A model generated the notes under the pieces. It saw only the letters and a list, made by a program, of their open reading frames with translations, was not told where the DNA came from and did no database searches. A program made the position numbers and the translations under genes. Shown one piece after another: positions 9,801-18,920 of a stretch of 64,000 nucleotides of DNA (positions are counted from its first letter, which is position 1; every line of letters starts with the position of its first letter). Source of the stretch: Bacteroides sp. (GTDB lineage Bacteria > Bacteroidota > Bacteroidia > Bacteroidales > Muribaculaceae); contig JAAVCX010000033.1 of assembly GCA_014802105.1 (NCBI GenBank), positions 14,242-78,241 on the forward strand. Reading direction: 5' to 3'.

Positions 9801-10208
9801 AGCGAGCGCATAGCCCTCTACCGCGAGCTCGACGCCATCGAGCGCGAGGAGGAGCTCGCCTCCTTTGCCGACAGGCTCACCGACCGTTTCGGAGCCATTC
9901 CCCCCGAGACACTCGAACTGATGCGCATCCCCGCCCTGCGCATGCTTGCGCGCCGGCTCGGCATTGAGAAGGTGTCGCTGAAACAGGGCAAGATGTACAC
10001 CTACTTCGTCGACGAAGCCAATCGCGCCTACTACGAGAGCGATGCCTTCGGGGCCATGATCTCTTATGCCACGAGCCATGTGCGCCGTGTGCAGATACGC
10101 AAGACCTCGGGCCGCAACTCGTTTGCCTTCCTCAACGTCCCCACCGTCGAGGCCGCACGCGCCATCCTCGCCGACATAGCTTCAACCATCACCCACGCCA
10201 AACCCTGA
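6846..10208 (+). CDS. mfd: Transcription-repair coupling factor
   Basis: UvrB-like N-terminus, CarD/TRCF domain, GDVGFGKT, DEEQ, QLRGRVGR, TRCF C-terminus. Confidence 0.98.
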   Translation: MTLQELSKQFLSGPRGTAMRRALSGRSTIISAYNLAGSSVAMMLAALPRRSTPVVVIADTLDDAGYLTHDLARILGDDRVSIFPSGYKRDIKYGQPDPPQQILRTETLNRLADPSTADGLYVVTYPEALAERVADAETLREHTLRLSTSTPASLTDTIVWLRENGFSEVDYVYEPGQFASRGSILDIFGYNSELPVRADFFGDDIDTLRYFNIETQLSEQKLSNVAITSLSGSRSSKGLSLLKFIDPSSLIAVRDADYTVSRIQAIAAETFSQSAMIAGEGDPEALQQVIDPTGFADDFATFRQLRFTSSAAPDPQASAKIDFTCTPQVIYHKNFDMIAESFSRFEAEGYTLYILSDSPKQIDRLHAIFADRGDSINFTPVISTLHEGYSDASLKVCVFTDHQIFDRFHKYTLRSDRARSGKLALSLKELSAIEPGDYIVHVDHGVGRFAGLMRTEVNGRIQEMIKLVYANDDIIFVSIHALHKLAKYRGKEGVPPKINKLGTGAWNKLKERTKSKLKDIARDLIRLYAARKEEQGHAYPPDSYLQHELEASFIYEDTPDQLSATRAVKADMESSKPMDRLICGDVGFGKTEIAIRAAFKAATDGKQTAVLVPTTVLAYQHYNTFSERLKEFPVRVDYLSRARTPKQVKEILADLAEGKIDILIGTHKIIGKNVKFKDLGLLVIDEEQKFGVAVKERLKQLKVNVDTLTMSATPIPRTLQFSLMGARDLSAINTPPPNRYPILTSVNAGGDDILAEAINFELSRGGQVFIVNNRIEGLYDLEARIRELIPGARTIVGHGQMPPEKLEKAIIDFAAHDYDVLISTTIIESGIDMPNVNTIIVNNAQNFGLSELHQLRGRVGRSNRKAFCYLLVPPHLPLSPVARRRLQAIESFSELGSGIHIAMQDLDIRGAGNLLGAEQSGFIADLGYETYQKILREAVTELRTEEFADLEKADRLHGPDEEYVADCVIESDLELLLPPSYVPTESERIALYRELDAIEREEELASFADRLTDRFGAIPPETLELMRIPALRMLARRLGIEKVSLKQGKMYTYFVDEANRAYYESDAFGAMISYATSHVRRVQIRKTSGRNSFAFLNVPTVEAARAILADIASTITHAKP

Positions 10209-10214
10209 CCCGCC

Positions 10215-11810
10215 ATGCTCATCAAGACCTACGGAGCCGCCATGCAAGGCATCGACGCCACCCTTGTCACTATCGAGATCGATGCCCGCAAAGGCATAGG
10301 CTTCGCCCTGGTCGGCATGGCCGACACGGCTGTGCGCGAGAGCCACCACCGCGAAGTCTCAGCCATGACCCACTCGGGCTACTCCTGGCCGCGGCGCAAC
10401 GTAGTGGTCAACCTCTCTCCGGCCGATGTGCGCAAGGAGGGAGCCGCCTACGACCTGCCCATAGCCATCGGCACCCTCGCAGCCTCGGAACAGATACAGT
10501 GTGCGCGTCCCCTCGAAGGTTACATGATCATGGGCGAACTCTCGCTCGACGGCTCCATACTGCCGATACGCGGAGTGCTCCCCATGGCCATCAAGGCGCG
10601 CGAGCTCGGCTTCAAAGGACTCATCGTCCCACGCGACAATATGACAGAAGCCGCCGTGGTCAACAATCTCGATGTCTATGGCGTCAGCTCCTTCTCTGAG
10701 GTGGTCGACTACTTCACCGGCCGGATCGATCTCTCACCGGCCACAAGCAACACCCGCGAGGAGTTTGCACGCGCTTCAGCCCTCTTTGACTGTGACTTCT
10801 CTGAAGTCAAGGGCCAGGAGAGTGTCAAGCGCGCACTCGAAGTGGCATGTGCCGGAGGCCATAACATATTGCTCGTAGGCCCTCCGGGAGCCGGCAAATC
10901 AATGATGGCCAAACGGTTGCCCACAATCCTGCCGCCGCTCACCCTGGCCGAAGCCCTCGAGACCACCAAGATACACTCAGTGGCAGGCAGCCTCAAGAGC
11001 GGATCGCGACTCATGACCTCGCGTCCCTACCGCTCGCCCCACCACACCATCTCCCCCGTCGCCCTCGTGGGAGGAGGCACCAATCCCCATCCCGGCGAGA
11101 TCTCCCTGGCCCATAACGGAGTGCTGTTCATGGACGAATTTCCTGAATTTTCGCGCCAGGTGCTCGAAGTGATGCGCCAACCGCTCGAAGACCGCAAAAT
11201 CACCGTGGCACGGTCGAAATACACCATCGAATATCCGGCCGGATTCATGCTCGTAGCCAGCATGAACCCGTGTCCCTGCGGCTACTACAATCACCCGTCA
11301 AAGGAGTGTACCTGCGCCCCCGGAACAGTGGCCAAATATCTCAACCGCATCTCAGGCCCCCTGCTCGATCGCATAGACCTCCAGGTCGAGATACTCCCCG
11401 TCCCCTTTGACAGCCTGATAGACAAACGTCCCGCCGAACCGAGCGCCGACATACGCGCCCGAGTGATCAGAGCACGGGAAATACAGGCCCTGCGCTATGC
11501 CGCCGAGAGAGGTATTCACTGCAACGCCCAGATGAACCACCGCCTGCTCCAGACTCACGCATCAGTCTCGGCCGAAGGCACCGACCTGCTCCGCGACACC
11601 ATGACGCGGCTCGACATGAGCGCTCGCGCCTACGACCGCATACTGCGCGTGGCCCGCACTATCGCCGACCTCGAGCACGCCACTCTCGACACCCCTCCGG
11701 CCCAAGCGGTAACCGCCCCTATCCTCACCCACCACCTCTACGAAGCTATCTCCTACCGCAACCTCGACCGTGGTTCCTGGGGCAAAACCCTCCCCAACAG
11801 TCCCTTCTGA
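10215..11810 (+). CDS. comM: YifB/ComM Mg-chelatase-like AAA+ ATPase
   Basis: NLSPADVRKEG..YDLPIA, GPPGAGKS, PHHTIS, GEISLAHNGVLFMDE, MNPCPCG. Confidence 0.93.
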   Translation: MLIKTYGAAMQGIDATLVTIEIDARKGIGFALVGMADTAVRESHHREVSAMTHSGYSWPRRNVVVNLSPADVRKEGAAYDLPIAIGTLAASEQIQCARPLEGYMIMGELSLDGSILPIRGVLPMAIKARELGFKGLIVPRDNMTEAAVVNNLDVYGVSSFSEVVDYFTGRIDLSPATSNTREEFARASALFDCDFSEVKGQESVKRALEVACAGGHNILLVGPPGAGKSMMAKRLPTILPPLTLAEALETTKIHSVAGSLKSGSRLMTSRPYRSPHHTISPVALVGGGTNPHPGEISLAHNGVLFMDEFPEFSRQVLEVMRQPLEDRKITVARSKYTIEYPAGFMLVASMNPCPCGYYNHPSKECTCAPGTVAKYLNRISGPLLDRIDLQVEILPVPFDSLIDKRPAEPSADIRARVIRAREIQALRYAAERGIHCNAQMNHRLLQTHASVSAEGTDLLRDTMTRLDMSARAYDRILRVARTIADLEHATLDTPPAQAVTAPILTHHLYEAISYRNLDRGSWGKTLPNSPF

Positions 11811-11874
11811 CAGTCTCTCAGACCCTGACCTCCAATCTCAAGATCAGTCACCCACCTCACCCCTCCGACACACC

Positions 11875-12774
11875 ATGGCACGCAATCTGCTCGGACGATA
11901 CCTCTGGATCATCGACACCATACATCGCTACGGCACCATCAGCCGCAAGGAACTCAACGACCTGTGGATGCGTTCGCCCTACTCGGAGGGTGAACCGCTG
12001 GCCCGACGCACATTCTACAACTACCGCAACGCGATCGAAGAACTATTCTCGATCTCGATCCAATGCAACCAGGCCACCTACGAGTACTATATCGCCGACG
12101 GCGACGGCAGTCACCGCAGCGGAGTGACCGACTGGCTGCTCAACACCTTCGCCACCGGCGACGTCCTCTCGGGAGCCTCCGAGGTCTCCGACCTGATATT
12201 TCTTGAAAACGTACCTTCGGCACGGCGTTATCTCTCCCACGTGGTCGGAGCTCTGCGCGAGCGTCACCCCGTCAGATTTACCTATCGGCCCTATACCCGC
12301 TCCCTGCCCACTCCGGGAGTGGAGGTCGAGCCCTACTTCCTCAAGATCTTCCGTCAGCGCTGGTATCTCACCGGGCGCAACACCCTCGACGGCAAAATCA
12401 AGACCTACGCGCTCGACCGCATCGAGGATCTCACCGTCGGCACCACCGTCTTTGAGCCCGATCCAACCTTTGACGCCGAGCAATATGTCAGCCCCAGTTT
12501 CGGCATCATCTTCTCGCAGGGCGACATCAAGGACGTAGCCCTCAAAGCCGACTCCCGCCAGGCCAAATACCTGCGCGCCCTTCCGCTCCACCACTCCCAG
12601 CAGGAGGCCGTCCACGACAATTACTCGGTCTTCTACTACCGTCTGAGGCTGACCCCCGATCTGGTGCAGGAGATACTCTCGATGGGCCCCTCGGTCACCG
12701 TCGTGGCCCCTCCCGAACTCAGGGCCATGGTGGTCACCTCCCTGAGCCAGAGTCTCGCCAACTACGGCGAGTGA
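11875..12774 (+). CDS. WYL-domain transcriptional regulator (HTH-WYL-WCX)
   Basis: EPYFLKIFRQRWYLTG...YALDRI, C-terminal V.APPELR; start reassigned to ATG 11875. Confidence 0.9.
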   Translation: MARNLLGRYLWIIDTIHRYGTISRKELNDLWMRSPYSEGEPLARRTFYNYRNAIEELFSISIQCNQATYEYYIADGDGSHRSGVTDWLLNTFATGDVLSGASEVSDLIFLENVPSARRYLSHVVGALRERHPVRFTYRPYTRSLPTPGVEVEPYFLKIFRQRWYLTGRNTLDGKIKTYALDRIEDLTVGTTVFEPDPTFDAEQYVSPSFGIIFSQGDIKDVALKADSRQAKYLRALPLHHSQQEAVHDNYSVFYYRLRLTPDLVQEILSMGPSVTVVAPPELRAMVVTSLSQSLANYGE

Positions 12775-12835
12775 CCGCGAGACAGAGCGCAGGTCTCTCA
12801 GTGACACCCTGTGGGAATACCTCTGAAGATGATTT

Positions 12836-12867
12836 TTTGGATAACTGACAATTAATTTCTATCTTTG
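12836..12867 (+). promoter_or_regulatory. Canonical Bacteroidetes promoter of the glycan operon
   Basis: TTTG (12836-39)-N20-TATCTTTG (12860-67). Confidence 0.7.
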
Positions 12868-12905
12868 TAGTATCTATTTGAAACCTTGAGGAATTACCCC
12901 CCGAC

Positions 12906-13742
12906 ATGAGCAAGAAGATTAAAGCGATTACAATGGTGCGCAACGACCGCTTCCTTGAAAAATGGGTGACCTACTACGGCGCCCAACTTGGGAAGGACAA
13001 TCTTTACGTCTACTTCGACGGTGAAGATCAGGAAATTCCGGCCTTCTGTGAAGGTGTCCACACTCAGCTCGAGCCCAAGATGAAAGGGGACGTCGTGTCG
13101 ACCGAGCGTCAACGCTCGCGCTTCATCTCGGCCAAGGCGGCCGAACTCTTTGCCGAGGGTGCCGACATGGTGATAGCCACCGATGCCGACGAGTTTCTCA
13201 TCGTAGACCCCGACCTCAACATGGGTCTGGCCCAATTTCTCTCCTCGCTGCCCCCCTACAGTTGCCATTCCGGCCTGGGAGTCGATGTGCTTCAGCACCT
13301 GCCCACCGAGCAGAAGATTGACTTCTCCAAGCCTTTCCTCAGCCAGCGTTTCCGCGGCTGGCTCTACTCGCGCTACACCAAGCCCTCGGTCATTACCCGT
13401 CCGCTCACCTGGGGTGGCGGCTGCCACCGTGTCAAAGGTCAGAACTTCCATATAGCCAAGGGACTCTACCTCTTCCACTTCGGCGGCGTAGACCTCGAGC
13501 ACCTGAGAGAAATCTCGGCCGAGCCCTCGCGCATCGAGGGGGGATGGACACGCCATCAGCTCAAGCGTCAGCGCGCCATCGAGAAAGTGAGCAGCGTCAA
13601 GGCACGCCCCTGGGAGTCGCTCGTAGGCCCTATGCGTGCCATGCAGACCCTCTGCCGTCCGCTGTTTGCCCTCAACAAGCCCACCACTTTCGGTCTGAAA
13701 TTTGTAGCCGAGATACCCGAGCGCTTCCGAAACACCATCTAA
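12906..13742 (+). CDS. GT2-like glycosyltransferase (Glyco_tranf_2_4 type)
   Basis: ITMVRND.FLEKWV.YY N-terminus; DADE DxD motif. Confidence 0.8.
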   Translation: MSKKIKAITMVRNDRFLEKWVTYYGAQLGKDNLYVYFDGEDQEIPAFCEGVHTQLEPKMKGDVVSTERQRSRFISAKAAELFAEGADMVIATDADEFLIVDPDLNMGLAQFLSSLPPYSCHSGLGVDVLQHLPTEQKIDFSKPFLSQRFRGWLYSRYTKPSVITRPLTWGGGCHRVKGQNFHIAKGLYLFHFGGVDLEHLREISAEPSRIEGGWTRHQLKRQRAIEKVSSVKARPWESLVGPMRAMQTLCRPLFALNKPTTFGLKFVAEIPERFRNTI

Positions 13743-13767
13743 CACCCCCAGCCTCCACCTCAACGTC

Positions 13768-14505
13768 ATGAAGGATAGCCAATCCCCTAAAAACATCGCC
13801 GTGATATTTGCCGGAGGCACCGGTCGACGTATGCGCACTGTCTCGAAGCCCAAACAGTTTCTGGAGCTCAACGGCAAACCCGTAATCATCTATACGCTCG
13901 AACTCTTTGACAACCATCCCGAGATCGACGGAATAGTAGTGGTGTGTCTTAATGACTGGATTGGCTACCTCGACAAACAGCTCAACAAGTTTGGCATCTC
14001 AAAAGTAGGAGCCGTAGTGGCCGGAGGTCAAACCGGCCAGGAGAGTATCTACAACGGCCTGGTGGCCGCACGGGAAACCTATGGCGAAAACTGCAATGTC
14101 CTCATCCATGACGGAGTGCGCCCGCTGATAACCGACCTCACAATCTCCGACAACATCGAAGCCGTCAACCGGCATGGCAGCTGCATCACCTGCGTCCCCG
14201 CCACCGAGACCGTCGTAGTGACATGTACTGACGGCCCGATGAAAATACCCTCGCGTGCCGACACGATCATAGCCCGCGCCCCTCAGTCATTCCGCCTGCC
14301 CGACATACTCGGAGCCCACGAAAAAGCCCGCGCCGAAGGGCGCAACGACTTCATCGACAGTTGCACCATGATGTCTCACTACGGCCACCCGATCCACACC
14401 GTCATAGGGCCTATGGAAAATATCAAAATCACCACTCCCACCGACTTTTTCATCTTCAGAGCCATGGTGGAGGTACATGAAAATCAGCAGATTTTCGGTT
14501 TCTGA
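13768..14505 (+). CDS. IspD/TarI-family cytidylyltransferase (CDP-alditol synthesis)
   Basis: AGGTGRRM...PKQFL, IHDGVRP, APQSF, NIKITTPTD. Confidence 0.9.
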   Translation: MKDSQSPKNIAVIFAGGTGRRMRTVSKPKQFLELNGKPVIIYTLELFDNHPEIDGIVVVCLNDWIGYLDKQLNKFGISKVGAVVAGGQTGQESIYNGLVAARETYGENCNVLIHDGVRPLITDLTISDNIEAVNRHGSCITCVPATETVVVTCTDGPMKIPSRADTIIARAPQSFRLPDILGAHEKARAEGRNDFIDSCTMMSHYGHPIHTVIGPMENIKITTPTDFFIFRAMVEVHENQQIFGF

Positions 14506-14523
14506 ACCACCCGACTGAATTAC

Positions 14524-15546
14524 ATGATCACCAATAAGACACTCCGCGAGGACATTGAGTCCTTCACCCTCCCTCCCGACCTGAGCGAACAATTGAGAGG
14601 CTCCGTGATCATAGTGACGGGAGCGACCGGACTCATCGGATCTACTTTTGTCAGATGTCTCCACGCCCTGAGTCTCGGCATCAGGTTCGTGTTGCCCGTA
14701 AGAAACGCAGCCAAAGCCTCGGAGCTCTTTGAAGATGAAAAAGACGCGGTCAACATTATAGAGACCAATCTTACCGACTTCTTCGCCCGACAAGCCTCCG
14801 GCTGTGACTATATCATACACTGTGCCAGCCCTACCGACGGGCAATATATGTGTGCCCATCCGGCCGAGACCTTCCTCCTCCCTATCGAGTCGACCCGCGC
14901 CCTGCTCGACTACTCCCGGCAGTATAAAATCAAAGGGATCGTCTATCTTTCATCAATAGAATACTACGGACAGATATTCGACGACAGCCCCGTCACGGAG
15001 GAGTGTGAAGGACACATCGACCGCCTCTCGCCACGCAGCTCCTACGCGCTGGGCAAACAGGCCGCCGAATACCTGGCCTGCTGCTATGCCCGGGAGTATG
15101 GCGTGCCGGTCAGAAGCGCCCGCCTCACCCAGACCTTCGGAGCCGGCATCTCCCCCGACGACAACCGAGTCTTCGCACAGTTTGCCCGCAGTGTCATCAA
15201 TGGACACGACATCGAGCTCCACACCGAGGGTCGCTCGGCCAAACCCTATTGTTATACTACCGACTGCGTCTCAGCCATCATCCACATACTGCTCAAAGGA
15301 CGCCCCGGAGAGTCCTACAACGTTGCCACTCCCGGCACCTACGTCACCATCAAGCAGTTGGCCCAAATCTATCGCGACTCCTTCAATCCCTCGATAGAGG
15401 TCTCGACCCGGTTGAAGTCCGACAGCGGATACGCGCCCGAGACCACGGTAAACCTTAACTCTGACAAGCTGCTCGCTCTCGGCTGGCAACCCCGCCACGA
15501 CCTGAAAGACATGATAGGGCGGCTTATCGAATATCTCAAACAGTAA
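14524..15546 (+). CDS. NAD-dependent epimerase/dehydratase-family reductase
   Basis: GATGLIGS and YALGK motifs; adjacent to the cytidylyltransferase. Confidence 0.85.
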   Translation: MITNKTLREDIESFTLPPDLSEQLRGSVIIVTGATGLIGSTFVRCLHALSLGIRFVLPVRNAAKASELFEDEKDAVNIIETNLTDFFARQASGCDYIIHCASPTDGQYMCAHPAETFLLPIESTRALLDYSRQYKIKGIVYLSSIEYYGQIFDDSPVTEECEGHIDRLSPRSSYALGKQAAEYLACCYAREYGVPVRSARLTQTFGAGISPDDNRVFAQFARSVINGHDIELHTEGRSAKPYCYTTDCVSAIIHILLKGRPGESYNVATPGTYVTIKQLAQIYRDSFNPSIEVSTRLKSDSGYAPETTVNLNSDKLLALGWQPRHDLKDMIGRLIEYLKQ

Positions 15547-15558
15547 TCTACAAACCTG

Positions 15559-16341
15559 ATGGATCAAAACACAGCTCTCACCATCGAGGAAAAACAACAG
15601 ATCATCCTTGAAATCATGAAGGATATCGACCGTTTCTGCCGGGCCCACGACATACCCTACACCCTCTCGAGCGGAACCCTGCTCGGAGCAGTGCGCCACG
15701 GTGGTTTCATCCCCTGGGACGACGATGCCGATATATTCATGCTCCGCGAAGATTTTGACCGTTTCATAAAGATATATACCAGCGACAAATACCGGCTCAT
15801 CTACAATTACAATCCCGAGGAAAGAGTCATCTCGTCAGGAAACGCCAAGGTCGGCGACATCACCACCTGGTCGAGACACTCGAGCGGAGTGAACGACTTC
15901 GGAGTGTGGGTCGACGTGTTTCCTCTCGAGAGCGTGCCCGAAGACCCCAAGGAGCGCCGCCGGTTCATGCACAAGATACTCAGTGTCAACAACCGCATAC
16001 ACCACCGCCGACGCAAAGACCTGCTCTCGATCATAAAGTCCTACCGTCACTCGTTCACCTGGTGGGTCAACAGGCTCGACAGCATCGTCCACAACAATCC
16101 CTACACCGACAGCCCGCTGGTGGCCCACCTCGTAGGTTCTAACAATTACCGCACGGTGATACCTCGCAAATGGTTTGACAACTTAGGCGAAATCCATTTT
16201 GTCGACCACGACTTCAAGGCCTTCAGCGACCCCGACAGCTATCTGAAAATCGTCTACGGGCCCGACTATATGACACCCAGGAAGTGGACCCACAACACTA
16301 CTATCTATAAGAAACCAACCTCCGACACCGATGGAGAATAA
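15559..16341 (+). CDS. LicD-family phosphotransferase 1
   Basis: GTLLGAVRHGGFIPWDDDAD, VDVFPL, YL..VYG.DYM. Confidence 0.93.
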   Translation: MDQNTALTIEEKQQIILEIMKDIDRFCRAHDIPYTLSSGTLLGAVRHGGFIPWDDDADIFMLREDFDRFIKIYTSDKYRLIYNYNPEERVISSGNAKVGDITTWSRHSSGVNDFGVWVDVFPLESVPEDPKERRRFMHKILSVNNRIHHRRRKDLLSIIKSYRHSFTWWVNRLDSIVHNNPYTDSPLVAHLVGSNNYRTVIPRKWFDNLGEIHFVDHDFKAFSDPDSYLKIVYGPDYMTPRKWTHNTTIYKKPTSDTDGE

Positions 16342-17092
16342 GACCGAACTCACCATAAAGGAAAAACAGGAGATACTGCTCGGCATCCTTAAGGATCTCG
16401 ACCGCTTCTGCCGCGCCAACGATATTCCTTACAGCATCTCGAGCGGGACGTTGCTCGGGGCCGTGCGTCACGGAGGCTTCATCCCCTGGGACGACGACGC
16501 CGACATGTTCATGCTCCGCGAGGACTTCGACCGCTTCGTCAAAATCTACAGGAGCGACAGATACCATCTGCTCTTCAACACACGCACTGAAGAGGAGTTC
16601 TTTGCCTCGGGCTATGCCAAGGTCAATGATCCGACAACCTATATAGGGGAGTCGCTCACCATGACTCATCTGGGAGTGTCGGTCGACATCTTCCCTCTCG
16701 ATTATGTGCCCGACGACCCCAAGGAGCGCAAGAGGTATATGCACAAGATCATGAGCATCCACAACAGGATCTATCACCGTCAGCGCAAAGACCTCATCTC
16801 CATCATCAAGTCCTACCGCCACTCGCTCGACTGGTGGATGAACAAGATGAACGAGACCGTCCACGATCCGGCCTATAAAGGCAATCAACTCGTGGCCCAC
16901 ATAGTCGGCTCCCAGAATTACAGGACAGTCATCGACAAAGACCGCTTCAAGACTCTCACCGACATCCCGTTCGAGGGATACAACCTGAGGGCCTTCAAAG
17001 ACACCCACAGTTATCTCGAAATGGTCTATGGCCCCGACTACATGAAACCCAAAGAGTGGTCTCACAACACCAAAGTTTACCGAAAGAATTAA
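16331..17092 (+). CDS. LicD-family phosphotransferase 2
   Basis: Same LicD motifs; paralogue of the upstream gene. Confidence 0.93.
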   Translation: MENKTELTIKEKQEILLGILKDLDRFCRANDIPYSISSGTLLGAVRHGGFIPWDDDADMFMLREDFDRFVKIYRSDRYHLLFNTRTEEEFFASGYAKVNDPTTYIGESLTMTHLGVSVDIFPLDYVPDDPKERKRYMHKIMSIHNRIYHRQRKDLISIIKSYRHSLDWWMNKMNETVHDPAYKGNQLVAHIVGSQNYRTVIDKDRFKTLTDIPFEGYNLRAFKDTHSYLEMVYGPDYMKPKEWSHNTKVYRKN

Positions 17093-17094
17093 AA

Positions 17095-18015
17095 ATGAGC
17101 AGTTGGATAAAAAGAGCTGCAGGCCGAGCCATGCAGCAGATACATCTCGTAGCTATGGGCCATGTGTTCAATCCCTTCTGGGGTGAACGCGAAGGACGCC
17201 GCAAACGCCGCTACCGGGCCACTTACAGTGCCGCCATGGGCTATCTCAGACGCTATGCCGGGGCCGTCAGCAAAGTGGTGCCCGAGACCCTCGGGGCTGA
17301 CAACGAGCCCGAGAGAGCCTTCACCATCTGGTATCAGGGCGAGGACAAGGCCCCCGAGCTCGTCAAAGCTTGTTTCCGCAGCATGCGCCGTCACTTGAAA
17401 CAGGAACTTGTCGTGCTCGACGAGAACACCCTTTTCGACTGGATCTCATTGCCCGACCACATAGTAAGGAAATGGAAAGAGGGGAAGATACCCCACACCC
17501 AGTTCAGCGACATCTGCCGCATCGAGCTCCTCTTCGAGCATGGCGGACTGTGGTTTGACGCTACCGACTATGTCACCGCCCCGGTTCCGCAGTATATCAT
17601 GGACGAGGACTTCTTCCTCTTTATGGCCGGCAACAAGATACGAGGCTCCTACGCGCTGATACAGAGCTGTTTCATCCGTGCCCGCAAAGGCAATCCGATA
17701 CTCGGGGTGTGGCGCGAGGCCAACAGCATATACTGGAAAGAAGAAAACAGCAAGATCAATTATTTCATCCATCACCTCTTGCTCAAGCTCTCGGTCGACG
17801 TCAACGAGACCGCCGGACGCTTGTTTGCCGAGATGCCCAAGGTGGATCAGGATCCCACCCATGCGCTGTGGGGCGAGCATGCCAACGACGACTATGACGA
17901 GGAGACCTTCCGCGCCCTGACAGCCGACTCGTTCTTCCAGAAGACCAACTATAAGGACAAGCGCCTCAAGGAGCTCAAGCCGGGATCGATAGCCGAGCAT
18001 ATACTCAACAGTTGA
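17095..18015 (+). CDS. Capsular polysaccharide synthesis protein (Caps_synth/GT32-like)
   Basis: WYQG...P.LVKAC..S, FSDICRIELL..HGGLWFDAT; start set at ATG 17095. Confidence 0.85.
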   Translation: MSSWIKRAAGRAMQQIHLVAMGHVFNPFWGEREGRRKRRYRATYSAAMGYLRRYAGAVSKVVPETLGADNEPERAFTIWYQGEDKAPELVKACFRSMRRHLKQELVVLDENTLFDWISLPDHIVRKWKEGKIPHTQFSDICRIELLFEHGGLWFDATDYVTAPVPQYIMDEDFFLFMAGNKIRGSYALIQSCFIRARKGNPILGVWREANSIYWKEENSKINYFIHHLLLKLSVDVNETAGRLFAEMPKVDQDPTHALWGEHANDDYDEETFRALTADSFFQKTNYKDKRLKELKPGSIAEHILNS

Positions 18016-18026
18016 GACCTTTCGAG

Positions 18027-18920
18027 ATGGGAAAACACGCTTATCTGATACTTGCCCACAAGAATTTCGGCCAGTTGCGCAAACTCATCGAGCTGCTCGA
18101 CGACCCGCGCAACGACATCTATGTCCACGTCGACGCCAACGCCCGCGACTTCAATCCCCGGGAGTGGCACCAGGCCACTCGCCACTCTCAGCTCGTGTTT
18201 CTGCCCGACCGTCTTAAAGTGAGCTGGGGCGGAGTGAGCATCATGCGCAGCGAGCTGGCCATGCTCAGACGGGCTCTGGCCGACGGCCCTCATGACTATT
18301 ACCATCTCCTGTCGGGCATGGATCTGCCGCTCAAAAGCCAGGATGAGATACACGCCTTCTTTGACCGCAATCAGGGCAAGGAGTTCATCAACCTCTGGGA
18401 GTTCAAGAAGTCGACCCTCTCGCGCTTCCGCTACTATACGATCTTTCCCGAGGGGGAGGGACGTTTCCGCACACGCATCGTCAATCACATCTTCAAGGGC
18501 CTGCAGATGGCCGTGGGATACAGGATCAACCGCGACATAGACTTCCGTTTCGGCTCTCAATGGTTCAGCATCACCGAGCCTCTGGCCAGGTATGTAGCCG
18601 ACCACGAGGAATGGCTCGAAAAAGTGTTCCGTAACACCAGCACCTGCGACGAGATTTTCCTACCAACCCTGGTGGCCAATTCACCTTTTGCCGGGCAACT
18701 CTTTGAGCCGGTGCCGGTCAGCAACCAGAAGGAGGTCAATCTCTCCAACATGCGCTTCATTGACTGGAGCCGTGGCGAGAGCATCCGCCACCCGTGGGTG
18801 TTCCGTGCCGGCGACATGGCGCTGCTCGAGAGTGTTCCCCATCTGTGGGCACGTAAATTTGACGAGACTGTCGACTCTGAAATTATCGATAAAATCTATC
18901 GCAAACTGAAAGGAAAATGA
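18027..18920 (+). CDS. Core-2/I-branching (GT14) glycosyltransferase
   Basis: HAYLILAH, IYVHVD, V.WGG.S, LLSG.D.PL, GSQW, CDE.F..T, ARKF. Confidence 0.88.
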   Translation: MGKHAYLILAHKNFGQLRKLIELLDDPRNDIYVHVDANARDFNPREWHQATRHSQLVFLPDRLKVSWGGVSIMRSELAMLRRALADGPHDYYHLLSGMDLPLKSQDEIHAFFDRNQGKEFINLWEFKKSTLSRFRYYTIFPEGEGRFRTRIVNHIFKGLQMAVGYRINRDIDFRFGSQWFSITEPLARYVADHEEWLEKVFRNTSTCDEIFLPTLVANSPFAGQLFEPVPVSNQKEVNLSNMRFIDWSRGESIRHPWVFRAGDMALLESVPHLWARKFDETVDSEIIDKIYRKLKGK

